Source: Vicugna vicugna (Eukaryota). From it: a DNA stretch of 64,000 bases. The DNA lies in NCBI GenBank assembly GCA_013265495.1, contig MU057521.1, positions 1 through 64,000 of the forward strand, in the 5' to 3' direction. The translations under genes were made by a program, and so were the position numbers. The first letter of the stretch is position 1. Each line of letters opens with the position of its first letter. Shown here one piece after another: positions 38,335-52,650 of this stretch. Below the pieces are notes generated by a model. The model made no database searches. It was not told where the DNA came from and saw nothing but the letters and a program-made list of their open reading frames with translations.

Positions 38335-39872
38335 ATTCCTCTGGGGGGAGTTTTGGTTTTACTGGAGAAAGAGGAAGTAACATAACAGAAGAATGTTTGG
38401 AGAACAGGAAGTAATGAGTAAGACACTGTCTTAGCACTTAAAGAACCGGAAGTCAATACTGTGCCCTGGGCTTATAGGGGAAGATGGCCGAGCACAGAGG
38501 TTCATGACTAACGCTCATCCTGTCACTGTGACCTGCTCTGGGAGGAGGTGTGAAAGTCAAGCTGAAGGGGCCTGATTTCCTTTCAATGGGAGGAGTGGGC
38601 TGGCTCTAAATGCACAGAGCAGCATCTGAACTGACATCGGAGAGAGAAATAGAATAGATTGAAAGGGCAGCCACCATCGAAGATGGGCCAGGCTGATAGC
38701 TCTCTTCTGTGTCTCCAGTCCCTGGGATTTCTCACAGTCACTATGTGAAATGATGCACAGAAATCGCAGCAAAGACAAAAATGCCATCTATGTCCTGCTA
38801 CAGTTTTGGGCTCTGACTGTTGGTTTTGTTTGTATTTAAATCCTCACATTTATTTTTGCATCAGAATAGAGGGATTGTAGTGAATCAAGCTTCAGTAACA
38901 CCTTTCATGTGTAAACTTTAACTTCACTGTTACACTTTAATGTTTCCACGTGAATGCTGAAAGTGTTTCTTGGGACTTGCTGTCAACATGTAAAAAACAT
39001 TAAGATTTGAGTAAAGAGGTACCTTTGCATGTTATCTCTGCCCGTGAGCATTTGAAGACACTGTAAATTAAATCAAACAATGGTTTATGTGGTAATCCTC
39101 AGCCTAATATATTTTCTTTCTTTAAGTACATGCAGATTGAAAAGTACAGATTTTGGTACCCAGTAGCCAAATTTGTGGGATTATTTGGAGCGAAACAAGT
39201 ATTTACTCTCTAAAATATGGTTGTGGTAGGCTAATTTATCTCGTGACATCCTCTGGGGTTCCGGTGGCGCATTTCTTTCTGCTTGTAAAGTACCAACGTC
39301 AGAAGTGCCCCCACTCCTTTTTTGGGGGGATATTTACAAATATTGCCTGAAAATACTTGCGCTACAGGTTTAAAGTTAAAATCCTTAATAATGACTACTT
39401 AAACTCCAGTTCAGAAAATCAGCAATAAGTAAACTGCAAGTCACTTTGATGTGAAAAGTGGAAGAACTCAGTACGAACTGTGTAGTTTTTAGAAGCCAGC
39501 TCTCAGTGCAGCACCACCTTTTCTGGACATCTCAGCAGACTCTCTGGATCCCCAATTAAAGGAGCAGAAAGGCCTGATGCTCTGTTTTCATTAGGGGTGG
39601 TTGGAAACAGTTTGGTGTCAGGAAGTTTAGCTCTCCATGTTAACTTAGGTCTCCCAGAGCACGTTAATCCCCATGGCTGCTGTGTTCTCTCCCAGGCTGG
39701 GTTGCCTGCGTGGCACATCAGCCTGCGTGCTTGGGCAAATTAATCTCTGTCTCTGCGGAAACATAGATAGTTTTCTGACTCAAAATAGTACCCCCGCCCC
39801 CATTTAGTAACTCTTTTAACAGCTCCCAATAGAAGCTTCATTTCTACTTCTGCACAAAGAGAAAGGACAAAT

Positions 39873-39878
39873 TTTATT
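39873..39878 (-). terminator. Putative MC4R polyadenylation signal AATAAA
   Basis: First canonical AATAAA I found on the minus strand past the stop (about 495 nt), followed by T/GT-rich TTTGTCCTTTCTCTTTGTG. Weaker variants at 40014-40019 (ATTAAA), 40121-40126 (TATAAA) and 40371-40376 (ATTAAA over the stop). Confidence 0.5.
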
Positions 39879-40371
39879 AAATGACTTGAAATTTCAGCTT
39901 TAAAAAAAATGATTAAGCATCTGACCTTTAGTATTTCTCCCCTACATGCTAGAATTGAGTCTCTATACTTCAGTGTTGTGGAGTGTAATATAAGAAACCA
40001 TTCATTTGATATATTTAATGAAGCTGTGATTTCCATGTTCCTAAAACAAGCAAAGTGTCAAATCCTTATGAATAACAAGAAAGAAACAGTGTTAAACTTT
40101 TCATAAGGACTTCTTTCTTTTTTATAAATCCAGAGTGCCTACAGCCGGTAAAATGGATTAACATTTTACAGTCAGAAAGTAGCATGACATTAAATATACA
40201 CCGAGACCGGGCATTTTTTTCACATCAAAAATTATAGACTTAAATTTGCACAATAGAGTTTCTCAGCCGGTGCCTTACACAGAAGAAAAAGCTGTTGCAG
40301 AAGCACACTGTTCAGATTGTACAAGAATGAAAGTCTCTTATGCATGTTTTTAGCATCTCCACTGTCCCCGT

Positions 40372-41430
<1,059 letters not shown>

Positions 41431-41451
41431 TCAGTGATTTCCCCCAGGTCT

Positions 41452-41487
41452 TTATCTGTCTGAAAGTGGTGAGGCTGAAACTGGCAT
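41452..41487 (-). other. Upstream ORF in the MC4R 5' leader (MPVSASPLSDR*)
   Basis: ATG CCA GTT TCA GCC TCA CCA CTT TCA GAC AGA TAA. G at -3, same frame as MC4R, ends 81 nt before the main ATG. Translation is not shown. Confidence 0.55.
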
Positions 41488-41699
41488 GCCTGCTGTGAAT
41501 AAAAGTCACGTGCTCCAAAGCTTGAAATGGAGTTTTCAGTCTCTTTCAGGTACCACTCTGATCACCATCACTTTGAAATCTTAGGCTTCAGGCTGCTCAT
41601 TCACAGTCCAGTCTGCTGTTTGCGCTTTCTGTTCTCACCTTCACTTTAACTTTAGTCTCATGCATTCAGGTCTTTTCAAAATAATTTTCCTAGTGGCGG

Positions 41700-41900
41700 C
41701 TGTGCTATTGGGAGACGAACCTGTGTGCACATTCTCACATCAGCTGCCTCTCAGGGGTGTCGGTTCCCAACCTGAAGCTTCGCTTTGAGTGTTAGTAGCT
41801 GCTGCTGATTTTTATGGTGTGTGAAGGAAAAAAAAAAAAAAAAGCTGTTCAGAGTGGCTCCTCCTCTGCTTCCTTCTGACCAATCCAAGTCCAGTGGTGT
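41700..41900 (-). promoter_or_regulatory. Probable MC4R core promoter / TSS region
   Basis: TATA-like CATAAAA at 41810-41816 (minus), inverted CCAAT box (GATTGGTCAG) around 41880-41884 and E-box CAGCTG at 41741-41746. About 0.4 kb above the ATG, as recalled for human MC4R. Confidence 0.6.
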
Positions 41901-42489
41901 CTGTGAGACACGGATGATGTCCCAGAGATACAGACTGCAGGGCAGAAGCTTGTGGAATCGGGAAACAAGCAGGATGGGAGAGACTGAATTTCCCTTTTCA
42001 AGTTTTCAAGGAAACCAACTTGGTTCTCAGAGGACATTCTTTGATACCACACAAGCCATCTTGGGGCATCCAGGTTTATTCCTACTTAAAGGATATGTGT
42101 GTGTGTCTGTGTGTGTGTTTTCCTGAAACAGATACACTGCGTTTTTGGCCAGGACATTGAATTTATTTACCCTCTCAATTTCTTCGAATTAAGAACCCAG
42201 GCAGTAATGCTTCAATTTTAAATACTCGAAACACAGGGAGAATATTTATGCAGGAGATTACGCTGTGGATGGAGGGACTAGGTAAGTAGCTACATTTTGT
42301 CACAGGGCTTAAGAAGGAGTTGTTTCCTTATGCACTAGTATCTGATATTCCTCCATGGCAGAATTACTTTTCTCATAGCTGGAAAAGTTTTTTTTTCATT
42401 CACAGTATTTAAAAACCATATAGTGTTGAACTATGTTTGCTCTGAACTCAGAAAGAAAAAGCTCAATAACTAGGCAGCACTCAGGTTTT

Positions 42490-42817
42490 AAAGCATTATT
42501 AAAGTTTGCTTGATATACAGAACATTGCACGTATTTAAGGTGTGCATTTTAATGAGTTTGGACATACGCATACGTCGCCGATATCCTCATCACAATCAAG
42601 ATACTAAGCATATCCATCACCTCCAAAAATGTCCTTCTGTTCTTTTGTGTTTTCTTTTTGTGTGTGATAATAACACTGAACGCGACATCCGTCCTCTTAA
42701 CCTGTTTAAAGTGCACCATACCGCATTATTAACTGTAGACAGTATGCTGTACAGCGAAGCTCTAGAACTTACTCATCTTGCAAAGCTGCAATTGTATCCC
42801 CATTGGGCAGCAATTCC
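42490..42817 (-). mobile_element. L1MA/MB 3' end
   Basis: TGATATACAG..TGCACGTATTTAAGGTGTGCA..ATGAGTTTGGACATA..CATATCCATCACCTCCAAAA..TCTAGAACTTACTCATCTTGCA. Confidence 0.85.
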
Positions 42818-43273
42818 TGGGCAGTGGTCTTGGCAATGATTTCTTGGAATTGACACCAAATCACAGGCACCAAAACCAAAAAATGGGCCAGGAGGATTAC
42901 ATCAAATTAAAAATCTTTTGAACAGCAAAGGAAACAATCAACAGAGTGAAAAGGCAATTTACAGAATGGGAGAAAATATTGCCAACCATCTATCGAATAA
43001 GGGGTTATTATCCAAAACATGTAACTGACTAAAAGGAACTGAATAAGCCAAGTTAAAGATAGGCAAAGGGCTTGAATAGACATTTCTCCAAAGAAAACAT
43101 ACAGATGGCCAACAGGTATATGAAAAGGTGCACAACAGTACTAATCATCAGGGAAATGCAAATGCAAATTGGTATCAGAATGAAATACCATCTCACACCT
43201 GTTGGGACGGCTGTTATTAAAAAAAAGAAAAGACAGCAAGTGTTGGCTAAGATGTGGAGAATTTGGAACTCTG
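42818..43273 (+). mobile_element. L1 ORF2 3' fragment, inverted relative to the adjacent L1 3' end
   Basis: Translation [67 protein letters not shown]. Confidence 0.9.
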
Positions 43274-43619
43274 CCTTTTTTTTAAGGTGGCCTATCTACT
43301 TCATTAATTGAAGTCTTTCTAAATTAAACCCACACATACCTTAACACTTATTCAAGCCAAGATAGGAGGACGTTAGTTACATGTCAAGAGTTTCTGAATG
43401 TTTTGCTTAAGCTAACTTCAAAAGATTGTGAGAAAGATACTTTTCAAATTAACTAAGCTCTAGGCTATGAAGTTTTATATAGTGTATTTTCCTTGCTGTG
43501 ACTGCTTTTGCTTTCAGCTCTTATCATTTGTGCCCACTGATAATAGGGACAATCAGAAAGGATTATTTCAAAGTTAAGTCCTCAGTGATTCAGGTAAGGG
43601 CATTATCTTCTTTCCCATT

Positions 43620-44032
43620 TGTGACAGAGGCAATGTGAAGTATTATTCCTGAGCATGGAGTTGAATTGACACCTTCCATCCATCCCTGGAATTGGGTGGG
43701 ACTAAATTCTAGCCAGTGGAGTGTGGGTAGAAGTGAGAGCATTATGTATCTCCTTCATGAGAGTCTACGTGTTTTCTCTCCAGTCAGTTCGTAGATGAGT
43801 GCAGGATGTCTTTGAAGCCTCATGTTACAGATGTTAGAACCGTATCATGGGTGGAGCCTGGATCTCCGAATAGCTGCACGGAACACAACTCACATCTCCA
43901 CCTCCCTCCACACCATTGCCCACTAACTACACTGAACTTTGATACCAGCAAACAATAAATACCACTGTGTTAAGCTGCTGAAATATTGATATTTACCTGT
44001 TGCAGTAGCTACCATTAATTGCCTTGACTTGC
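43620..44032 (+). mobile_element. Old MLT1 (I/J-like) LTR
   Basis: GACTAAATTCTAGCCAGTGGAGTGTGGGTAGAAGTGA, GGAGCCTGGATCTCCGAAT, AATAAATACCACTGTGTTAAGCTGCTGA. Confidence 0.7.
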
Positions 44033-45221
44033 AAACTTTTAATGGAACTATTACAAGCAGCAAACCCAAATTACACGAAAATCCTTCCTTCCCCCCGTTT
44101 TAGATTTGTGTAAGTAGTGAATTACCTAAAAGGGAAGCAGTGGGGAAGAAATCTGTTGAAATGTTTAAGCATCAGAGAGTCAACTCCTGACTTTGGGTTC
44201 CCTACTTCTCTTGGTGACATAATTGTTTCTTAGACTTAAAATTCAGAGTATTTTTGACTCGTCCATCTTTCTCAAAAATCCCTACTTGAAATCACTTGTA
44301 AAATACCTTCAATTCTATCAGTGCGTCTGAATCCCCTTTTTCTCCTTACCAGACTCACTTCCCACTTTTCTTCTTCATGAAAACTTCATTGCAGTCAAAC
44401 TTGCATGCAAGATGGCATGCACGCTAGAGATTTTTCTAAGAGTTTACTCTATTTCCTCTGCTTGGAATGCTGTTCCTTTATGTTTGTGAATTATCATTAT
44501 TTTGTAACACTTGTTAACAGGCATATTATACTTTATATATAATTATATAATAGACAAAATTAGTTCTTGAAAACAAAACTTTTTTTTTCCTTAGCTTTTC
44601 ACCAAAAAAGGATTTAATTTCTAGGCACTGTGATCACACTGAAATCCCAGAAAACCATATACATTTAAAATCTCAAATTTGATTCTTTGATGTAGATTTT
44701 TAAAAACCTATGGTTAATCATGCTGAAAAGATAACATTTTGTCATCTGTAAGGAGGAATTTTAATTGTCTGGCTTAGCTGAGCTCTGTATGAACCAGAAG
44801 AAATACAGCCAGCAATTCTAGACACTTTAATGGTGTTTTTGAAAATTTATTGCAGATTTCTTTTTTTTAAGTACACACAGAATTGAGTTAGATCATAATA
44901 TATTTCTTTTATGAACATAATCCTCGTTTTACATTTTGTGACAATAAATATGAAACATTGGTAAAGAGAAGTATTTATCAGACTGTGCTACATGGAATCT
45001 TATTTTTAGGAGGTGTTAATGTTACTCCCACCCCAGAACGAAGGAGCAAACAATTTTGGAAAACATTGCAAACTCACTGCCTTCTTGAAGTTTCAGAGTT
45101 TACATTAGCATGTGAAGTGTCTGAGAGCTTTTACTAGAAAAAAATTCAGTATTGCTTAACCCACTTATTTCCTGAACATAGAAGCTATCTTCTCCCACTT
45201 TTGTTTTTCAAGTACCTATTA

Positions 45222-45802
45222 CACTCAGTTCTGTCATAATGATCATTTTGAAAATGCAGATTTGTTCCAAACTTGATTGATGTATCAGGGAACATTTTGA
45301 GCGTAATGCAAATATTGTGTTTGTTTTTGCACAGTTTTGTACAGGAGACACAATAGGTGAATTTGGAAAACCACACTCAGCCCTTCCAAGACTCACACAC
45401 ATCAGACATTTGCCAGTTACCTCAGTCCGTGGACTTGTGTAATGACACAACCCACCGCACCGGGTGTCGCAGCTTCTTGTGAGATTTCAGATACTCCTTC
45501 TTCTACTTCTTCATTGTAACTCACAAGCAGTAACCTTTCTGAAACCCACTTCCTCAAGCAAACTGCTGCAAGTCTTTTTCTAGGTAAAGTGCCCTATTTA
45601 TTGCAGGTTTATGTATTTAACGATTAAACGTCTATAAATCTGTTCCTATCTTTTTTTTTTAATGTGTCACTGATGAAGTTTATGAGTATTGTGTGCCTAA
45701 ACCCATTTTCCCCCATAAGTCCCAGCCATTTTGTTGGCATGATTTTCTGTAGCACACTGATTTTTAGAACATATAATGTCACATTAGAGCAGACCTAAAG
45801 GT
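45222..45802. mobile_element. TcMar-Tigger non-autonomous element (Tigger8-like)
   Basis: CACTCAGTTCTGTCATAATG..TTTTGAAAATGCAGATTTGTTCCAA..GGGAACATTTTGAGCGTAA start, CCCATTTTCCCCCATAAG subterminal block and a decayed right TIR. Confidence 0.65.
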
Positions 45803-46429
45803 AACATACAGTTTGGGAAATATTTATGTAGAACAAATTATTCTGAGTACAAAATTCTTACATATTTAAAAGTGTTTAATGATTACCATGTGTACCATGA
45901 AATAGAATCCTTATTTATAAAAATGTATCTCTAATGTCCAATTCTTACAGATTATTAATAATTAGATAATCGTGTACTTAACATGAACATTTTATTGTCA
46001 GTTAAATAGGAATCATTTTCTCTTTAGATTATGATAGTTATATAGTTTTAAATTTTCTAAATAATATTATATGGACTACAGACATTTCTGGGTTGAAATC
46101 TGTGTTTATAATGATTTTTAATAGAAAACAAGGATTGTTCTCTGTTGTGTTAATTTAAATATATCATTTGTTTTCAAATCTTTCAAAATTAGACAACACT
46201 AAGATTGTATAACTTTTATTAAAATGCTTTTAATCCTAATAAGATATTATTAAAATATTTTTCTTTATAAAACTGATACTATACAACATGAATTTGTTTC
46301 AAAATGTTAGAAACTTCTCCTTTAAAAAGATCATTCTCATTTGACTTAACAGCAATAGCTGTATGATTTTGCTGCCTTTATTTTAAACCCCTTTCCAGTC
46401 TATTTAATTTTCCTTTTTTCTTTTGCTCC

Positions 46430-48010
46430 TTCTGTCAACCAGTATTTTACTGAGCACGTATTATTGTCCAGGTATGGAGGCAAATAAGTCATGCTGTCTG
46501 TCACAGAGGAACGTTAGTATAGGTGTCATCTAAATGGGAGACTTAATTGCAATGCCTGCCTATTGTGACCAGTGATGTAATGATACTAATGGGTAGAAAC
46601 AGTCTCTGCTTGGGTTGATCTGAACTCGTTATTGGAGGTGTTTTATTGAGGTGGGAATTGGAAGAAGGTAGGATATAGCTGGGTGGAAGAGGGGCGGAGG
46701 GGAGATTTCAAGGTGGATGGGATAACCTCTGTAAAATCAGATTGTGTGAAATAATACTGCAAATTTGAGGAATGACAGATACTTCGGCATGGCTGGAGCA
46801 CACAAAGGAGAGGCAGAGAAAAGTCTGGAGTTAGCCAGGGACAGGTCCTCTAGGGCTTTGCATGTCATGCCAGGGGATTGGAACTGCCTTGGCCTCTGTA
46901 ACAACATGTTAAAAGCTCGAATGAGGCCCACGTTACCTTCAGGATAAAGAGCTTCAAAGCTGAAGGAGTAACATGATAAGATTTAGGAAAAGCACAGTGT
47001 GGAATTATTATGGAGAGTAAAAGTAAGAAATGAAGTTAGTAATTAGTAACTACTAAGTGAAGTTAGTAGTAGTAATTACTAAGACACGATTACAGCAGCC
47101 CACACAAGAGTGTGAAGACCGGAGGTAAGCCAGCAGTTGTTTGCTGCAGATAAGACTACTGATCAGTCAGGAATGGAATGAGGAAGAGAAAGGAATCTTC
47201 AGTGCCCTCCATTTTTAGGGTTGGGTAAATGAGTGGATGTTTGTGCCATTAATCTGGTAGAGACATGGGTTGGTTCTCTCAGTCTCCATTTGAACCTCTT
47301 TCAATTTGGAGTTTAGAAAGCTAAAATCTATACTATATGCCCAGATTCCCTTGCAGCCTGCATTTTGTATGTGAATTACTTTTCCCCAATTAGATGTATT
47401 CTTGAGAGATTTGGAAAGCATAGGTGAGATGGGAGTCCCCTCCCTGTAGCCCTAGCAGCTGACTGACGGGATCTGCCCCATGTGAACTCTGGCATCAGGT
47501 GACTCCACCTTCAGGTGTCGGGTCACCTCTTTGTGACTCAGGGATAAGCAGAACCAGCAGCAACCTTCTGATCTGTGGATCGCAGATCAGGTGGCGTAAA
47601 ATTTGGATGAAGTAAAACAGTTGAAGACCTGCGGCCATTCCAAAGTTTTCTAAGAACCTATTTTCTGTGTTAAGTCTCTTTCTACTTGATATACCCCGAG
47701 TGTGTCTGTTTTCTGCACTGAGTCATGATTGTTAGACCTGATTAAGGAAGCCTTTTCAGAGGCAAGATGCATTTAGTTTTTAAAATTTTGAATTTGAAGT
47801 GATTATTTGAGACGTCTAAAGGGAAAGAGCATAGAGCATAGAGTCCCGAGGAGCAATCTGGTGTAATGATGCCTATTTTGCTTGTAGTAGATACGAGGCT
47901 GTGCTGAAAGCTGTAGGCTTCTACTAGAATGGGAGATAAAAGGGAGTTATGAACAGGACTGTGGGGAACACATGTATTTAAGGGGCCAGTGTAAGGAAAA
48001 AGTAGGTGAG
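46430..48010 (-). mobile_element. L2 LINE fragments, split by the LTR at 47255-47737
   Basis: CAGTATTTTACTGAGCACGTATTATTGTCCAGG terminus; GAGGAAGAGAAAGGAATC..TGGGTAAATGAGTGGATG; TTTGAATTTGAAGTG. Confidence 0.6.
47255..47737 (+). mobile_element. LTR33/LTR41-like ERVL solo LTR
   Basis: AGCTAAAATCTA..CCCAGATTCCCTTGCAGC, CCAATTAGATG, TAAGTCTCTTTCTACTTGATATACCCCGAGTG..TCTGTTTTCTGCACTGA. Confidence 0.6.
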
Positions 48011-48016
48011 GGCGAC

Positions 48017-48485
48017 TGTGTTAGTCTAGAGATCTTCTGGAAAGAAGATACCCAGATCGGATTAAGTGTGTATGGTTTTATTGAGGAAAAGACTTGAGGG
48101 AAAAAATGAGAAACGAGCCAAGAAAAACTGAAAAAACAAAAACAAAAACAAAATAACTGTCAAATCACACTTCAGGCCTGTCCTTGAGTGAGGAGAGAGG
48201 GAGGAAAGGCTAGGTGGAAGCATCCTAGATCTGCCATGGAGTCTGGGGAGGGTTGCCCAGACTATTTGGGGACCCTCAAACTAAAGCTGCCTTTCGGAAG
48301 TGTCCTGTGTCTCCCAGTGATGGACCTGATTCAGTATCCTTGCTGCGCATGGTGGTTGGCTGGGAGCACCTGTGGGAAGTGTGATCTTGGAGCAAACGTA
48401 GCAATGAATTTCAGGGAGCAATAGCAATGGTCAGTTAAGCTCTCTGTAGTTGAAGTTCTGCTGGCACATTTGCATGGCTGCCACA
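48017..48485 (-). mobile_element. LTR40-like ERVL solo LTR
   Basis: TGTGTTAGTCT..GAAGATACCCAGATCGGATTAAGTGTG..TTTATTG at one end and CACATTTGCATGGCTGCCACA at the other. Confidence 0.65.
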
Positions 48486-49804
48486 GAGCCTGAGAAGTGG
48501 TCGGTGGGGCACAAAGAAACGGGAGAATCTATGAATAAAGAATTTAAAGGAGATAAAATGGGCAGCAGGTGTAAATCCAGCAGAGCTGTCGAGTGAAATC
48601 AGAATCGGTTCTTTTTTTTCTTGAATCAGTGTGGCCCTTTTTAGAGTGTATTTTGTTCACAGTATCTTTAATGATCAAAATTTGACTGAAAAATATAAAC
48701 ATATAGTTCCTGTCAGATCAATAAATTGTCACTAATCCTAATAACACTTAAAAATAAAATAACCTACTGCTAATTAGGTTTATTAGAATAACTATATTTG
48801 TGTGTCTGGGTAAATGCTCTGTGTATGTGTAATTTCTTTCTCCAAAGTTATGATGATAATAATAATATAACTTCAAAACTCACAGTGAGGATTATATGCG
48901 TTAATATATATGAAGCATTTTGACTAGTGCCTTGCACAGAGTAAATGTTATACAAACATTAGTTGTATTTATTTTATACTTTTCTAATGTAAGATTTTTA
49001 TGGCTGTATAGTCTTTCTGGGGATTGTATATTCTGCAGAATCCACTTTTTTTTTTTGGCACACTGTGACCATGGGAGCAATTTTTAAAGACACTACAGAT
49101 ACTGAATTTGGTTTCTAATCTGTGTAGGCGCTGAAAACAGTTCCTCTTTGTGTACAAACACTCTGTGATACTTCGTATATCACTACACTTCTATTTTTAG
49201 TACAGTGATAGTTCAGAATGGCACCATTTAATCACTTCATGCTCAGTAACATGTAGGCTACAGTTACACACCCAGAAGGGCTCATTTGCTTATTTATAAA
49301 TGGAGAGCCGGGGTTTGCTGTATGGTAGTTACAGGAGATAAATTCTCCTTTGCAAGGAATCTGATGTGGTCTTTGTCCCAATGAGTTGTTTGAGAAGACC
49401 TAGTTTTTGCTTTTTAATGGATTTTCCCTAGATTTAGGGTGTGGGTGAAGAATAGAAGGATATTTAAAACCTTTTTGCCTTGGTAGGCAGATAGAGTATG
49501 CCTTGTTTTATTAACCCTTAACTAATAAATATGCCAAAAACCTAATATTTGTTTAGTGTTTCAGTTTTCTATGTGTAGTGCAGATAGTCTCAGAAAATTT
49601 CTTATAAATCTAATCTGCTAATTAAATTTTAATTGGTTTTGAATTGATTCTGGATTTTAATTGCTTTTAAATTGAAAAAGACTTCTGCCATTTCCTGCCC
49701 CAACTTCTCTGTTAGTTAATAAAGAATCTGTTTGATTATTATAATTGAACCTCTACTTAAATAAAATTATGATAAACAAATTTGTCATAAAACTTGGCAC
49801 TCCT

Positions 49805-49937
49805 GTAATGGAAAAGAAATTGAAAAAATATATGTGTGTATGTATGTGTATGGCTGAGTCACTTTGCTGTGCACCTGAAACTAATATTGTAAATTGACCA
49901 CACTTCAATAAAAAATAAGAATTAAGTAAAAAAAAAA
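49805..49937 (+). mobile_element. Truncated cetartiodactyl-type L1 3' tail
   Basis: TAATGGAAAAGAA..TATGTGTATGGCTGAGTCACTTTGCTGTGCACCTGAAACTAA..TTGTAAAT..CTTCAATAAAAAA plus A tail. Partial TSD GGCA(C/T)TCCT. Confidence 0.8.
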
Positions 49938-52044
49938 GGGGGCATTCCTCCATTTTATTTTGTTTTCTCGTGGAGCATGCCTCAGTAGGTGTGTGTTGTT
50001 TCCCAGATTTTAATTACTTCTGGTGATAGAGAGTTGATAGTTTTGTACAATATTACACACCAGGATCTTGGCTTTTCCAGTGACTTGCAAAATAAGATAT
50101 TGTAAAATAACTAAGTTCTGTGTGCCTTAGTTTATTTAATATATAAGGAAGAGAAGCAGAAATGTAACCTCACCGTGTTGTTAGAAGAAAATGTACAGGA
50201 ATGCCCTTGGGAAGTTTTGTAAAAATCAGTACCTATAAATGGTGAGTTTTGTCATTTCATGTATGCAAGAGATTTTAGACTCCCTGTGATGTCCTGCGAC
50301 ACCTAACCAAAGCATTTTGACTGTTCTCTCATGAATTATTTTTATTCCAGTTGCTTTTGGCCAGAAGTCTTCACTTTATTAAAATTTCACAGGTAACTTC
50401 AAGGACACATGAAGTACCTTCTCCACTTGAGCTCAGTATGTGTCTGAATGTCTACTTCTTACTAGATTCGGGAGGCAGTATTGCTCCCACACCCCTTCAG
50501 CCAGATTTTTGCTTGGATGGAAGGGAAGAAATAGTGACAGAGTCTGACTTTATAGCGAGGTCTGAGATGTCAGAAATGACCATTCCTGTGTTCCGGTGTG
50601 TGAGGTAACCAGAGACCAAGTGTTAGCTGGTTACTGCCACCCACCTTTTTTCCAGGCAGACTGGTAGTAAGGAGGAGAGAATTTTACCCAGGTTACCTCT
50701 AGTAAGGGGGTTTAATTGTGAGGCTGTATCATGGGTTGAACTGCTGTTTTAGAAACCAACTGTTACCTCTTCAGTTTGGTCCAAAGCCTGCATAGTTTCT
50801 TTCTCTGTGTTCCCCCTTTTCATCTCCCCCCCCCCATCTGGATTTCTAATCCTGCACCTCTACCTTCTGTATAACCCAGTCTCAGCCTGTCTTGGACCGT
50901 GTAGGGCTTTAACACTGCCTGATGGAAACTTTGTGCGTTCAGTGCCCACTGGTAACTGCCAAGGTCTTTCCATGTTCAGTTCGGATCCCTGAGAGGGTAG
51001 ATGCCACAGCATGTCACAGGCCACAAGCCAGCACATGGATTAGCTCATCGGATGTAAAGTGCCATCCCTAGGTCCAGTTAGCTGTGATGGGCACAGGACA
51101 AAGTGATACAAGGTAGGTTTCCATGTGCATAAGGGAGGTAGCCTGGGTAACCTCTCGTAAAGGGTTTGGTTATGCACGATGGACTGTGGGTGATGCTCGG
51201 TACAGATGTCCTGGCCACAGCCTCTGCCCTGCCCTCTTTCACTGGTTGCACAGATTGTCAAAGAGCCAAGGAAAATGCTGCAAGCCTGCTTTAAATATTT
51301 CAGGTATGGAATTGATTTGTATTCTACCCTTACCTAGGATAACCTCCTTGAAACATTTTTGATAGATTCATCACCCAGTTCTCAGATATCTTTCTGTTTA
51401 ATATGTGTATAGCCCTGAAGCTGACTTGATTACTGAAAAAATAATAGTGATTGTACAACTGAAGAGAATTTCCAGATAAACATGTGTCCCCCAAATTTTA
51501 GTACAGATGCAGACAATAACATTGGAAGCAGAATGCTACAGTATAGAAAAAAATCATTTGAAAGATTATTTAGATTTATTTTATACCTATATATTGGGTG
51601 AATTTTGAATAAAAAGATTTATGTTAATTTTTCAGTCAATTTTTGCTGTCTTTAAAGAGAAGTAAAGTAAAAAACTAAAGTGAAAAACTGAAGGCAGTTA
51701 AAAAGTATTTACTTCCTCTAAAAATAAATAATTCCTTGGTCAATATTATCTTCATTAGTTAAAACATGAGATTCTATGTTTTTAGGAAAAACTGGTACTG
51801 TGAAATTAATTAGAGTGATTATTCATCCCAATTTGCTAGAATGTATTTGAATTGCCAATTCTAATAATTTGCAGCTGATTGAAAGTTAATACATAATACA
51901 GTATCTCTGGTTATTTTTCTAGGCAGACCCAAATGGATGAGTTTAGGCAAAGATCCATAAACTTTAGAGAAAAAATGAAGTCTTTTATAGGAAATCAAGT
52001 AGAGGGAATCAAGTCTCATTTGTTGAAATTATCTGTCTCTTCTT

Positions 52045-52650
52045 AAGCCATTCATTCATTCATTCACTCATTCACTATCTGCTGTCTGTGGTAAGCTAGA
52101 CATCATGTTAATAGTTTCAGGAGAAGCTTAAGGAAGTAAGTTATAGTCCCTCCTTTCAAGTTGTCCTTAGATAAGTGAAAAAGAACAACTATCTGAAGAT
52201 GCTGAATGAACTGCTTAACTTATTTCTACAAAGATATAATTTAAGGTGAAGTTGTTGGATGCTAGGTAGCTAAACAGAACTAGGTAATAGGATTGGAGAT
52301 AAGATGACACTTCACATAAATATTAATGTAATTTAATTTGCAGTATGGTGATTCCTTAGATGTGAAGCGTGAGGAGCCGGAGTCAGGGATGAATCTAGGT
52401 TTCTGTTTTGGTCTGCTGAATGGTTGGAGGTGCCTTCATGCTACAGGGGGAAGAGCCAATTTGGGAAAGGGTGATTAACTCAGTTTTGGACATGATGAGT
52501 TTGATGTGTCTATGGGTCATTCTCAAGAGATATAGAGGTCCGTAAGCTAGTTAATTATATGTCTATCTAGAGGTGAAGTCTAGGATATAGATTTGGGAGC
52601 CAGGAGAGTGGTGATTTAATCCTAAAGATGATATACTTTGAGAGAACTAG
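52045..52650 (-). mobile_element. L2 LINE fragments
   Basis: (CATT)n L2 tail at about 52049-52075; GGAGTCAGGGATGAATCTAGGTTTCTG and CAGTTTTGGACATGATGAGTTTGATGTG blocks. Confidence 0.65.

Noticed and set aside
39255..39272. CTCF-like TTCCGGTGGCGC downstream of MC4R (similar partial matches near 14330 and 47590)
   Set aside because: Only half of the core matches, too weak without ChIP or conservation data.
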